From positions 32,001-96,000 of IMG/VR virus record IMGVR_UViG_3300044799_000154: DNA of 64,000 bases; one strand, given 5' to 3'. The notes below the pieces were generated by a model. That model did not search any database. It was not told where the DNA came from and saw nothing but the letters and a program-made list of their open reading frames with translations. This document shows positions 37,063-47,403 of the stretch, in pieces (within the stretch, counting starts at the first letter, position 1; each line of letters opens with the position of its first letter). The DNA is from a virus. The translations under genes were made by a program, and so were the position numbers.

Positions 37063-37486
37063 GAAAATTATCGGCATGGATTTTGATGGAGTATTTAACA
37101 TACTTATTCCTCCCATGCAATGGATTATGAAAAATCTAAGACCAGGTGACATCTGGGAAAGAAGTCATTTGACAAAACTTCTAAGTTTAATACTTAAAAT
37201 ATATTCTCATCTTCCTTTTATTTTAGATGGAAGAACTGTAAACAAAACTCCTAGAACTGTATTTATTATTTCTGGGAGAGTCCTTAAACGATCAGAAGCT
37301 AGAAAGCTTTTAGAGAAGTATGGATTCAGATTCTTTTTCTTTAGACCTAATAATAAGATAGGAGAATTTGAATGGAAATTGAGAATGTGTAAATTACTAG
37401 GAGTTACTGAATTTTATGATGATCGCCCAAGTATTGTTGAAAGACTTAGAAAAGAAGGAATAGATGCGAGGTTAAATGTAAGATGA
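37037..37486 (+). CDS. HAD-superfamily phosphatase
   Basis: DFDGV, ISGR, FYDD motifs. Confidence 0.75.
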   Translation: MKQVQGKSKKIIGMDFDGVFNILIPPMQWIMKNLRPGDIWERSHLTKLLSLILKIYSHLPFILDGRTVNKTPRTVFIISGRVLKRSEARKLLEKYGFRFFFFRPNNKIGEFEWKLRMCKLLGVTEFYDDRPSIVERLRKEGIDARLNVR

Positions 37487-38550
37487 GAGAAACCATATCG
37501 GTCCTTGGTTATTGGATTCCTTATTTATCAGCCAATCAATTACAGGGATTTCCACCACCAAGATTCTTCTTACCAGCTCTTGAAGCTGTTGGATATGATG
37601 TAGATTTTGTTAATATCTATGAGATTTCTCAAATGAAAGTAAATCCTCTTCAAAGAACTCATGAGCAAACCCATGATGATATTTTGGGTGCAATAAAAGC
37701 TTGCAAAGGTCAAAAGGTTATTCTTTCATACTGGGATTATATCTATAATAGAGATCTTGAAGCTATCTTCTCAGATCCAAGTAAGAAGATTTTATTCAAT
37801 GTCAATTGGAATGAAGAACCAAAAACTGTAGAACAGAAGATCGCTATTCTACAGAACTCATCTTATGTAACTGTATCTCAAGAACATTTTAGGAACCAAT
37901 GGTGGCAAGATCTAGGTCCTGAAAATGCTAAGATCTTTGAAGACAAATTAAAGATCTGGAGATTCCCTTGTACTATAGGAGCTTCCTTAAACAAAGAAGC
38001 AGCAAAGAAACGAATTGGTATATCTACTACAAAATCTATTCTAATGTGGGGCTATTATGGATCAGGAAAAGGAGCAGATGATATCCTTCAGTGGTGTTCT
38101 TCAATGTTTGAAACTTCAGTCTTGTTCTGTGGAACTCCTGCTGCCGAGACTGCTGGTGAATATCTATTAGCTAAGTCAATGGAATTGAATATGAAAGATA
38201 GAGTGTTCTTTTCTAAATCATTGATCTCTGATGAAGAAGCAGATCTATGGTTTTCAGCAGCAGATATAGTTGTTATTCCCTATTGGCATAAAATAGGTGA
38301 ATCTGCTTTAGCATATGCTCTTGGACATAATAAGGTATGTATTACTTCTGATCTATATTGCTTCAAAGAATATGCAGATCAAGGAGCTTGCATATCAACT
38401 ACAAAAGAAGCTTTCAAAAGCACATTAGAAAAATATCTTAATGATGTTGATCTAGCTAAGATTCAAGAACAGAAAGCTAGAGATTATGCTCAGAAATACA
38501 ATTGGCAATCAACAGCCATTCAGTTCAAAGAACTATTGGATAAGATGTGA
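37483..38550 (+). CDS. GT-B glycosyltransferase (GT4)
   Basis: GYYGSGKG, AADIVVIPY, ESALAYAL. Confidence 0.8.
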   Translation: MRETISVLGYWIPYLSANQLQGFPPPRFFLPALEAVGYDVDFVNIYEISQMKVNPLQRTHEQTHDDILGAIKACKGQKVILSYWDYIYNRDLEAIFSDPSKKILFNVNWNEEPKTVEQKIAILQNSSYVTVSQEHFRNQWWQDLGPENAKIFEDKLKIWRFPCTIGASLNKEAAKKRIGISTTKSILMWGYYGSGKGADDILQWCSSMFETSVLFCGTPAAETAGEYLLAKSMELNMKDRVFFSKSLISDEEADLWFSAADIVVIPYWHKIGESALAYALGHNKVCITSDLYCFKEYADQGACISTTKEAFKSTLEKYLNDVDLAKIQEQKARDYAQKYNWQSTAIQFKELLDKM

Positions 38551-38554
38551 TAAA

Positions 38555-39988
38555 ATGAGGATACTACTCTATATACCTCACTTTGGATGGGGCTCAGGTT
38601 TGATCTCTTCTATGCCAAGTGATACTTTCTACATTGCAAACAAATTAATGCCTGGAGAGAATAGAGGTGGAGATCTTTGTGTACTTAACGAATATTGGTC
38701 TTGGTGGAGATCAATAAAACCCAAACCTCCAAATGCAATTCTCTTAGGTCAAAATTGGAAAGAAATTGATACTCAGGATTATGATGTAGCTATCTTGATT
38801 GCAGATGCTGGACAAATGAATCTATTATCTTATGTTGAAGATATGCCTAGAGTCTTTAAATTCCATCTTAAGAATCCAGGAACCAAAAACAGCATGCAAA
38901 CTCTGCTAAGAGAAATTGGTAACTATCCACTTATCTTCTCTGCTGATAGCCAGAAAGAATGGTATGGTAACCCACCTAATTCCTGGGTTATAACTGGAGG
39001 AAAAGATCCAGACCTTTACAAAGGATGGATTGGAGATTGGGAAAAAGTTCTCTGGGTATGTGAGAGAATATCAGTACCTGGAACTATAAGGTGGGAAGAA
39101 CGTGGAGGAAGACTTTGGACAGATATAGCAGATGATTTACCATCTCTTCGATTGGGATTGGATATTGATAGAGCAACTCCATTAGAAGCATTTGAAAATG
39201 TTATCCTTGCTTTCAAGCATAGTAGAGTTTTCTTTGAAGCTGCCGAGAATACTCTTTTAACAGATGGATTGATGGAAGCTATGATGACTGGAATGCCAAT
39301 AGTAGCTTATCCAAACAATGAAATGGATAGAGTAATTACTCATGGAGTCAATGGATTCAAATCATCTAATCCAGAAGAATTGAAAGGATACTGCAAGACT
39401 CTATTGAAAAATGAAGATCTAGCTAGAAAGATGGGAGCAGAAGCAAGAAAAACTGCCATTGAAGTTTGGAATCCCAAGAAAACAGAAAAATTTCATCACT
39501 TAGTATTTGAAGAAGCAATGAAGGTTTACAATGCAGATAAAGTTCCAAGTGTTAGAACTTTCCACTTAGATCCTCCAACTCAACCAAATAGAACTGATCT
39601 CTTCTTTGCTTCAACAATTGATAAAAGAATCCAAGAACGAGAAATAGAATATCATTCTGAATTGGGTTGGTTCAATTGTCCTCAATGTGGAGAAACCTAT
39701 AGGGTTATTCATAGGAAAGGAAAACATGAATTGGAATTAATGAAAGAACTTGGTCCCAAAGAGAAGAAGTTATTCTTTCCACAACCTAGAGCACCTGATA
39801 TGATGAAAGTTAATGCTTTAGAAGTTGAACTTGAACCAGAAATAGAAAGTTATACTTCATCAAATCCTTGTCCTTATTGCCATACAGATCAGATAGTAAA
39901 AGTCAGGGATAAAATTGTTTGTGAAGGTTGTAGAAGATTCTTAGGAACTTACAAAGAATGGAAAGCAAAGGAGAAGAAACATCAGTGA
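38555..39988 (+). CDS. GT4 glycosyltransferase with C-terminal Zn ribbons
   Basis: LMEAMMTGMPIV, HGVNGF; CPQC, CPYC...CEGC. Confidence 0.8.
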   Translation: MRILLYIPHFGWGSGLISSMPSDTFYIANKLMPGENRGGDLCVLNEYWSWWRSIKPKPPNAILLGQNWKEIDTQDYDVAILIADAGQMNLLSYVEDMPRVFKFHLKNPGTKNSMQTLLREIGNYPLIFSADSQKEWYGNPPNSWVITGGKDPDLYKGWIGDWEKVLWVCERISVPGTIRWEERGGRLWTDIADDLPSLRLGLDIDRATPLEAFENVILAFKHSRVFFEAAENTLLTDGLMEAMMTGMPIVAYPNNEMDRVITHGVNGFKSSNPEELKGYCKTLLKNEDLARKMGAEARKTAIEVWNPKKTEKFHHLVFEEAMKVYNADKVPSVRTFHLDPPTQPNRTDLFFASTIDKRIQEREIEYHSELGWFNCPQCGETYRVIHRKGKHELELMKELGPKEKKLFFPQPRAPDMMKVNALEVELEPEIESYTSSNPCPYCHTDQIVKVRDKIVCEGCRRFLGTYKEWKAKEKKHQ

Positions 39989-41061
39989 AAACAATTCTAA
40001 TACTTGGTTCTTCTGGACAAGCAGCTTTATCAGTGATTAAGTGTTTACGACTGGCTAACTTGAAAGAACTAAAGTATAGAATCATAACTGAAGATCTGGA
40101 TCCTCTATTGCCTGGAGCTTATGTTGGAGATGTAGGATATATTAATGAGAAAGATAATGACAAATGGATTGCTGGAATCAATAGGATCATTGCTGAAGAG
40201 AAAATTGATTTGGTAGTTCCATGTCATGACATTCCAGTTGATATTGTATCTGAAAGACGAGATGAAATCAATGCTCCAATACTAGTTACTCAGAATGAAA
40301 AAATCAAAATAACTAGAGACAAATGGTTGTTCAACCAATGGCTCAAACTGAATGGTTATCCTGCACCAAAGACCTGGCTTGGATTACCAATAGTTCTACA
40401 CTTTCCTGAGTTTGTTCCTTATCCAGTGATTATCAAGCCAAGAGGAGGATATGGAAGCAAAGATCAATATACAATAAATTCACAGGAAGAAATGGAAGCA
40501 TTGAAGGATCTATTCAAAGCTAAAGAACTCAATGAGGAAGATTATATAACTCAAGAAAAGTTAGAAGGTACAGAACTTAGTGGTATGGCTTTGGTCTCAA
40601 AGGATGGAGAGATCTTGAGTATTACTTGTGCAGAATCAGTCAAGAAGTTTGGCATGTCATATAAGACAATACATGGAAGTGAACAAGATAATCTAGACTT
40701 CAAATTACTTGTTGCTAAGATAGTTGGACGAATGGGCATAACAGGTCCAGTTTCAGTTCAGGGTTTCCGCACTAGCAAGATCTGTGACGCTTGCACCGTT
40801 ACTCCCTACGATAGTATCAAACTGTTTGAGATCAATCCAAGGTTTACTGGTGCTCAGGTGGTTCGAGCTATGGGTGGAGTTAACGGACCAGAAGTGTTGA
40901 TTGACAATTGGTTGGAAGGAACCAAAGTTTATCCAATTTGTAAGGAAAGAATAATAGCACTATGGGTGGCAGATTATGGATATATCTCAGAAAAAGATTA
41001 TCTAGAACTGAAAGAGAAAAAGAAAATAGCTAGAAAAGCAAAGTTTACAAATTTGTTATAA
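39958..41061 (+). CDS. ATP-grasp ligase (CPSase-like)
   Basis: RDKW, IIKPRGGYGS, ITQEKLEG.E, FEINPRF. Confidence 0.85.
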   Translation: MESKGEETSVKTILILGSSGQAALSVIKCLRLANLKELKYRIITEDLDPLLPGAYVGDVGYINEKDNDKWIAGINRIIAEEKIDLVVPCHDIPVDIVSERRDEINAPILVTQNEKIKITRDKWLFNQWLKLNGYPAPKTWLGLPIVLHFPEFVPYPVIIKPRGGYGSKDQYTINSQEEMEALKDLFKAKELNEEDYITQEKLEGTELSGMALVSKDGEILSITCAESVKKFGMSYKTIHGSEQDNLDFKLLVAKIVGRMGITGPVSVQGFRTSKICDACTVTPYDSIKLFEINPRFTGAQVVRAMGGVNGPEVLIDNWLEGTKVYPICKERIIALWVADYGYISEKDYLELKEKKKIARKAKFTNLL

Positions 41062-41073
41062 GGAGAAAAAAGT

Positions 41074-41457
41074 ATGAATGAAAGAGAAAAGAAGAAATAT
41101 CCTGTCAAGAAATATTATGCAAAATATTATCGCAATCATAAGAAGCAAAGACATGATGCTACTACAAAATATATACATAAAATTAGAAATAAAGCTATCG
41201 AGTGTCTAGGTGGGAAATGTTCCAATCCTAATTGTCTGGTCCCTGGAGGATGCAAAGATTTTCGTTGTTTACAAATAGATCACATTTATGGCAATGGAAA
41301 TCATGATAACAGGAAATCTAGTGCTTATTATAATCGAGTAATAGAAAGCTTCAAGAAAGGAGAGAGAAAATATCAACTTCTTTGTGCGAACTGCAACTGG
41401 ATTAAAAGATGTGAGAATAAAGAATACCTCAATACTGTAGGAGTTCCCTTGCTATGA
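41074..41457 (+). CDS. HNH-type endonuclease
   Basis: LGGKC...CLQIDHI...QLLCANCN. Confidence 0.75.
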   Translation: MNEREKKKYPVKKYYAKYYRNHKKQRHDATTKYIHKIRNKAIECLGGKCSNPNCLVPGGCKDFRCLQIDHIYGNGNHDNRKSSAYYNRVIESFKKGERKYQLLCANCNWIKRCENKEYLNTVGVPLL

Positions 41458-41945
41458 GAATCAAAATATTAGAGTCTGGAGATGAAGAATTGTTCTTGGA
41501 GTTCTTACAGTGGTTAACACCAGAATCATTGAATCTTTGGTATCCATATGGAAAGACCTTTGATCCAAGTAAAGCAAAAGAGATCTTAGCAAGACCAGAT
41601 GAATTAAGAATTGCAGGGATTGATATAGTGAAGAAAGATGTATCTCTAAGCTATTCGGAGTCACCAGAGAAAGAACGAATTGTTGTTTATGGACACTTGT
41701 ATCATTTCACTGATGATTCATGCAGACTAGGAATAATCTCTGGCATAACTGGGAAAGGATATGGAACTCAAATGATGAAGATTCTAATTAACTATGCAAA
41801 GTCCTCTGGTGTTAAAAGACTTCTACTCTCAGTCGATCAAAACAATTATCCAGCATTAGCTTTGTACAAGAAGTTTAATTTCAAAATCATTCAAACATTC
41901 ACAGACAAACTTAGACCTAGATTCGAAATGGAGAAAGACCTATGA
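41454..41945 (+). CDS. GNAT acetyltransferase
   Basis: GKGYGTQMM, LSVDQNNYPALALYKKFNF. Confidence 0.85.
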   Translation: MRIKILESGDEELFLEFLQWLTPESLNLWYPYGKTFDPSKAKEILARPDELRIAGIDIVKKDVSLSYSESPEKERIVVYGHLYHFTDDSCRLGIISGITGKGYGTQMMKILINYAKSSGVKRLLLSVDQNNYPALALYKKFNFKIIQTFTDKLRPRFEMEKDL

Positions 41946-42958
41946 CAATACAACCTGATTTTGCTTTCATCTTCTGGACTTACAAACAAAGAGAAGTGCC
42001 AGTAGGTTACCCTTTTCCACATCTTCTTGTTCCTGCTTTCAAGCGTATTGGAAAGAATCCACAAGTAATCGAATTTCAACAATATTATGGAACAAATGTA
42101 TATGTGCCTACAAATAAAGAACCTTTTAAACAGATACTAGCTCAGTTGAAAACTGACAAGATTCTTTTAGAGTGGGACTATGTTACTGAAATATCAGACC
42201 ATTATGCTCTTTTCAATGCCAAAAAAGATCTTTACATTATTCCTCACAACGAAGATCTAGTTAACAACAAGTGGAAGAAAGAAATGATAGAGAATAGCAA
42301 AGTGATTCTCGGAATGAATGTTTACAAAGAAATGTGGAAGAACTTATTTCCAGATCAAATCTCTAAGATGGAATTGATCCATCCTCCTACACGCTTGGGG
42401 CAAAGATTGAATAAAGAGCAGTGTAAGCAAACTTTGAATATAAAGACCAAGTATTCTATCATTTGTTGGGGAAGCTATTCATCGAAAAAGTTCTTAACAG
42501 TGATTCCTTATCTCTCAGAATGGAAAGATACTTCTCTACTCTTTTGTGGTTCATCTCGTGGGTGTAAGCCAGAATATCAGAAGATTGCTTCTGAAAATGG
42601 AGTCTTAGATAGAGTCTTCTTTTCCAAAGAAGCAATTTTAGAAGAAGAAGCAGATACATGGTTCTCAGCTTCTGATTTAGCTGTTTATCCTTGTCCTGTA
42701 GAACATGGTTGGAGTGCAACAGTAATAGATTGCATTGGGTTTGGAAAAACTTGTGTAACTCCTGATTTCCCTGTCTTCAGGGAACTTTCAAATATAAGTG
42801 GAGTGATTCCAACCTTAGATATTAAAGAACGCATTAGGACTCTTCTTTTAGATGAGGATACAAGAGAAGAATGTGAGAAGAAATCTAGAACTTATGCTCA
42901 AGAGAACTCATTTGAAAAATATGCAGAGAAAGTAACTAAAATTATGGGGATAAACTAA
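41942..42958 (+). CDS. GT4 glycosyltransferase (paralog of 37483-38550)
   Basis: Shared RVFFSK..I.EEEAD.WFSA.D and C-terminal motifs. Confidence 0.75.
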   Translation: MTIQPDFAFIFWTYKQREVPVGYPFPHLLVPAFKRIGKNPQVIEFQQYYGTNVYVPTNKEPFKQILAQLKTDKILLEWDYVTEISDHYALFNAKKDLYIIPHNEDLVNNKWKKEMIENSKVILGMNVYKEMWKNLFPDQISKMELIHPPTRLGQRLNKEQCKQTLNIKTKYSIICWGSYSSKKFLTVIPYLSEWKDTSLLFCGSSRGCKPEYQKIASENGVLDRVFFSKEAILEEEADTWFSASDLAVYPCPVEHGWSATVIDCIGFGKTCVTPDFPVFRELSNISGVIPTLDIKERIRTLLLDEDTREECEKKSRTYAQENSFEKYAEKVTKIMGIN

Positions 42959-43896
42959 TGAAAGTTTTGCTACATGCTCCACTTCATCCTACCTTATGGA
43001 TTTATCTAATGGAAGCACTTAAGGAACACGAGTTCTTTATAGAACCTACTGCTGATTTCCAAGAAGCTGACACTCCTAGAACACAAATAAAATATGAAGT
43101 AGTACCAAGGAAACCTAATAGTAATTTTGATGTTCAAATCATTGCTTTGCATGGAATAGGATATCATACGCCACAAGAACTTTTGAAAATATTTCCTGTA
43201 CCAGTTGTTTGGATAGAATTCCAAAGAACACTTTTACCTTTCACAGGAAACTATCCTTTGATCACTACTTGCCAAACTAGTTGCACTAGAAGATACCCTA
43301 ATTGGAAATATTGGTGTCCTGTAGTTTCCAGAACCTTGTGGAATGAAGATTGGATAGGAGATGTACCAATAATAAATTGCACAGTTGGAGCTTATGCATG
43401 TCATCCAGATTTGGTCCCAATCTTGAACTATCTTAAAAAGGAAAATGTGCCTTTGGATATGAGAACTACTTCAAGAAGACTAGTTCCTTTTGCAGATTGG
43501 AAATCAAAGTTCATTCATGATAGGGTTCTCTTTGAACTAACATTGAAACCATCTTCATTTACTATCTTGGAAGCAACTACAATAGGGATGCCAGTGGTTA
43601 CATTGAATTGGTTTGATCATTCAAAGATGATCCGAGATAATATAGATGGATTCACATTTGGATTTGGAGGACCCAATCCTGCTCATTTAACTGACTTAAC
43701 TCTTCTTTTAAATAAATTTCTAAATGATTATGATTTTGCTAAAGAATGGGGAAAGAAATCTAAGGAACGAGGAAATCAATTGAACTCCATAGAGAACACC
43801 AAAACAATCTGGAATCAAGCATTTGAAGATTCTATACGCATCTTCAAACAAAATCCTGGAAATCCTTTTGGGAAAGAAAAAAAATGGGAACCATAG
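42958..43896 (+). CDS. GT4 glycosyltransferase
   Basis: ILEATTIGMPVV, IRDNIDGF. Confidence 0.75.
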   Translation: MKVLLHAPLHPTLWIYLMEALKEHEFFIEPTADFQEADTPRTQIKYEVVPRKPNSNFDVQIIALHGIGYHTPQELLKIFPVPVVWIEFQRTLLPFTGNYPLITTCQTSCTRRYPNWKYWCPVVSRTLWNEDWIGDVPIINCTVGAYACHPDLVPILNYLKKENVPLDMRTTSRRLVPFADWKSKFIHDRVLFELTLKPSSFTILEATTIGMPVVTLNWFDHSKMIRDNIDGFTFGFGGPNPAHLTDLTLLLNKFLNDYDFAKEWGKKSKERGNQLNSIENTKTIWNQAFEDSIRIFKQNPGNPFGKEKKWEP

Positions 43897-43908
43897 AGAG
43901 GAAAGAAT

Positions 43909-44886
43909 TTGAAAATCTTACTAATAGGTCCATGGTGGCATCCAGCTCTTCTTTCAAGCCTAACTTTAGTATTCCGAGAACATCAGTTCTTTATTACTGG
44001 ACCTAAGATAAATCCTAGAGCTCTGACTCAACCAATGGGCTCAAATCTTCAACCCATTGAAGCATTTGGAAGTATTACTCAGAAGCGTTTAGATGATTTC
44101 GACTTACTCATAGATTATTCAGAAAACAAATTCAAAGGATACCTAGAAAATTGGGAGATTCCTAAAATTTGGTTTTCCTGGTATCCTCTGGCAGGGAAGA
44201 TTAAAACTGTTATCAAAATAAATGAGCCAGTAGTCTATACTTCTTTTTGGACTAGAACTCAAAGCATAGCTGATTCCAAATTAATGAACTACACTGAGGA
44301 AAACATAAGAGGACCAGTTGTTTATCCTTATCGAGATCCCAATATTTTCAAAGGGTATACAGGAGAACTAGCTTCAGGATTGATAGTAGTAAATGACTTC
44401 TGGAATCGAAAAGTATTTGGAGCTATGAAGTACCAAGAAATGATCACAATAGAAAAAGATCTGCCAATTAAAATTATCGGTGATTATTCATATTCTTTCA
44501 CTAAACTTCTAGAGAACTATCAGAAAAACAGGGTCTTTCTAGAACTAACAGAAGCTGGAAGACCAAGTACTTCTACTATGGGAGAAGCTATGACTGTTGG
44601 GATGCCTATAATTGCCACTTCCTTTGGAGATTTTCCAATCTTAATTAGGAATGATATAGAAGGATTCATTAGTTTGGATCCTAAAGAGATTATTAAATGT
44701 TTCAAAGTTTTAGTTAATGATCAATCTAAAGCTCAAGAACTTGGTAGAAACTCAAGATCAAGAGCTCTAGAAGTTAATGGAGAAACTCAATTCAGAACAG
44801 GTCTTGAAGAAGCTTTTGGGTTTGCTCTAAAAGGACAAAAATGGATTGTCAATCAAGATCAAAGAAAGCAAAAATTAGAGGAATAA
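43909..44886 (+). CDS. GT4 glycosyltransferase
   Basis: GEAMTVGMPII, IRNDIEGF. Confidence 0.75.
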   Translation: MKILLIGPWWHPALLSSLTLVFREHQFFITGPKINPRALTQPMGSNLQPIEAFGSITQKRLDDFDLLIDYSENKFKGYLENWEIPKIWFSWYPLAGKIKTVIKINEPVVYTSFWTRTQSIADSKLMNYTEENIRGPVVYPYRDPNIFKGYTGELASGLIVVNDFWNRKVFGAMKYQEMITIEKDLPIKIIGDYSYSFTKLLENYQKNRVFLELTEAGRPSTSTMGEAMTVGMPIIATSFGDFPILIRNDIEGFISLDPKEIIKCFKVLVNDQSKAQELGRNSRSRALEVNGETQFRTGLEEAFGFALKGQKWIVNQDQRKQKLEE

Positions 44887-44889
44887 AAT

Positions 44890-45807
44890 ATGAAAATTTT
44901 AATGAAAGGATTTGTTCACCAAGTATTCCTTCAAAGTCTAACAGAAACATTCAGCAAAGATTCTTTCTATCTAACAAATAGAATCTATCATCCTAAATAT
45001 CCTGATAACTACTTCCCTAAACCTTCTCCTAATGTTAGAGTTATTCCAGAAATTCAAGATCTAAAAGAATTAGATGATTATGATATCTTCATTGGAGTTT
45101 TTGGAGGACGAGTAATGGAGGATACTAAAGATTGGAAGATTCCTACTGTCTGGAGAACGTATGTCCCTATTTCTCAGAATTGGCAGTACCTAAGAGGAGC
45201 ACCAGTAGTTTACAATGCATCAATTTCTAAGAATGTTACTCTTGGAGCTTCTAAAATGCAGAAAGTATATTCTTCAAATCTTGATGGACCTTATAGTTAT
45301 GATTATAGAGATCCTAAAGTCTACTGCTCATGGAATGGAAATATTGAGAAAGGTATGGTTGTTGGAGTAGCAGCAGGTCTAGGATATGGTAGAGATCTTT
45401 GTGAGGAAATCAAGAAAACAATTCCAATTGATGTTATTGAGAATGTACCCTATTGGTATCTTGTTGAAGCTTTTAAGGACCATCGAGTCTATCTAGAAGT
45501 GAACAAGACTTCAAGAGTCATTAGTGCAGCATTCACAGAAGCTATGCTTACTGGAACTCCTATCGTGTCAAATAGAGTAGGTGAATTCAAAGAATTAATA
45601 GAGCATGGGAAGAATGGTTTCCTAAATGCTAAATCTCATGATCCCCAAGATATGGTGGAATATGCCTCACAATTATTACAAGACAAAAAATTAGCTAAAA
45701 AGATAAGCCAAGAAGAACGCAAAAGAGCACTAGAATTGTTCAGCAAAAAAAGAGTGAAAGAATCATTTGAAAGTGCATTTAAATATACTAAGGATGGGAA
45801 ATGGTAA
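44890..45807 (+). CDS. GT4 glycosyltransferase
   Basis: TEAMLTGTPIV, IEHGKNGF. Confidence 0.75.
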   Translation: MKILMKGFVHQVFLQSLTETFSKDSFYLTNRIYHPKYPDNYFPKPSPNVRVIPEIQDLKELDDYDIFIGVFGGRVMEDTKDWKIPTVWRTYVPISQNWQYLRGAPVVYNASISKNVTLGASKMQKVYSSNLDGPYSYDYRDPKVYCSWNGNIEKGMVVGVAAGLGYGRDLCEEIKKTIPIDVIENVPYWYLVEAFKDHRVYLEVNKTSRVISAAFTEAMLTGTPIVSNRVGEFKELIEHGKNGFLNAKSHDPQDMVEYASQLLQDKKLAKKISQEERKRALELFSKKRVKESFESAFKYTKDGKW

Positions 45808-46791
45808 ATGAAGATTTTAATGAAAGGACCTCAAGTTCATCCCTCATACTTGAATAGTTTGACACAAGTTTTCCCAGAACATACTTTTCATTTAACTGGT
45901 TATAAAGATCGGATTACTCAAGAGTTAAAATTAACCGACTTCACTTATTTGTATCCAATGCAACCAAATGTGAAGATTGAAATTCCCTGGGATGAACTAT
46001 TACAGATCAAAGATTGGCAAGACAATTATGATCTATTTATAGGAGATACAGAAGGAACTCAACCAAAAGAATTGGAAAAATATACTATCATTCCTAAAGT
46101 CTGGAGAACTTTCTCTATTCTTGATTTCAGTAAAGTACCAATACTAGGTGGACCAGTTGTATTCAATTCTTATACTTCTAGGAATTTTGCTGTTAGAGAA
46201 TGTAGGAAGCATGAAGTTCTAACTAGAGATATGGGCAAATATGTTGCTTATGATTATAAGAATCCTTCTGTCTATAAAGGATGGACAGGAGACAATCCTA
46301 ATCCTCTAATAGTAACTCATAACTTCTTTACTAGAGGAGCAGTAGGAAATGAACTATATGCAAAATTAGATCCAAAGATAAAATCAAATGTTAGAGTAAT
46401 AGATGGCAATCTTCATTTCGAAGATCTATTGAAAGCTTATAGAGAACATAGAGTTCTGTTAGAATTAACTCAAGGAGGAAGATTGATTACTGGAACTATA
46501 ATGGAAGGGATGATGACAGGAATGCCAGTAATAGCTACTTCAGAAGCTGATTTCCCAATGTTTGTTAGACCATGGATTGAAGGATTTCTTTCAGATGATC
46601 CAGCCAGAATCTCTCATTTTTCAGATTTCCTATCATATGATTTTATTACTGCTCAAGATATGGGACATAATGCTAGAATGCGAGCTTTAGAACTTTGTAG
46701 TTATTCTTCTATTCGAGCAGTGTGGGAAGATGCTATCCATGAAGTTACCAAAGCAGGACCTTGGAGTGAAGTAGGTAGGATGTGGGGCTAA
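45808..46791 (+). CDS. GT4 glycosyltransferase
   Basis: MEGMMTGMPVI, WIEGF. Confidence 0.75.
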   Translation: MKILMKGPQVHPSYLNSLTQVFPEHTFHLTGYKDRITQELKLTDFTYLYPMQPNVKIEIPWDELLQIKDWQDNYDLFIGDTEGTQPKELEKYTIIPKVWRTFSILDFSKVPILGGPVVFNSYTSRNFAVRECRKHEVLTRDMGKYVAYDYKNPSVYKGWTGDNPNPLIVTHNFFTRGAVGNELYAKLDPKIKSNVRVIDGNLHFEDLLKAYREHRVLLELTQGGRLITGTIMEGMMTGMPVIATSEADFPMFVRPWIEGFLSDDPARISHFSDFLSYDFITAQDMGHNARMRALELCSYSSIRAVWEDAIHEVTKAGPWSEVGRMWG

Positions 46792-47403
46792 ATGGAAGAC
46801 TTTACCAAATATTCTAAGAATGATCCTCAGAATAGAATGAAGGTTCTTTCTCCAACCAGAATAGACTTTACTGCACATGATGAGATTTCATATATGTGGA
46901 AAGAAATAGATTCTAAGAAATCTTTGAACTTGATAACTAAAGTAAAAGTAAAGCCTAGAATTGGAGCAGGATTCTCATTGTTAATCTTCTATAGTTTAGC
47001 CAATGAACTTCAATATGGAAAGTATTTCAGAGATCAGAAAAAGAAATGCATATGGATCTGCTTTGAGACTGTACAAGGAAAACCTAGATTAGCAATATAC
47101 TATGAAGGAGATCAAGGAGCACAACATAATGGTCCTCTCCTTTCATGGAATAAAATCTATTCGATAACAATTGTTAGAAGTCCTCAGGATCTTTCATTGG
47201 AAGCACTTGATGAAGAAGGAAAGAATGTAAGTTCTCTAAAAGTTAGATTGGAAGATTCACCTAAGTTCCAATACTTCTTTATATGCAACAATTGGTTTTT
47301 CAATGATTCAAAGGAACCAATGTGGTTCAGAGGAGAAATATTAGACTTGGAATTTGCAGAGGAAGTTGAAAAGAAAAGTTTCTTTAGGAGTTTGAGATCA
47401 TGA
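46792..47403 (+). CDS. stand-alone ConA/lectin-like beta-sandwich, homologous to a domain of the 49491-52151 fibre
   Basis: Co-linear similarity with residues encoded at about 49950-50540. Confidence 0.55.
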   Translation: MEDFTKYSKNDPQNRMKVLSPTRIDFTAHDEISYMWKEIDSKKSLNLITKVKVKPRIGAGFSLLIFYSLANELQYGKYFRDQKKKCIWICFETVQGKPRLAIYYEGDQGAQHNGPLLSWNKIYSITIVRSPQDLSLEALDEEGKNVSSLKVRLEDSPKFQYFFICNNWFFNDSKEPMWFRGEILDLEFAEEVEKKSFFRSLRS

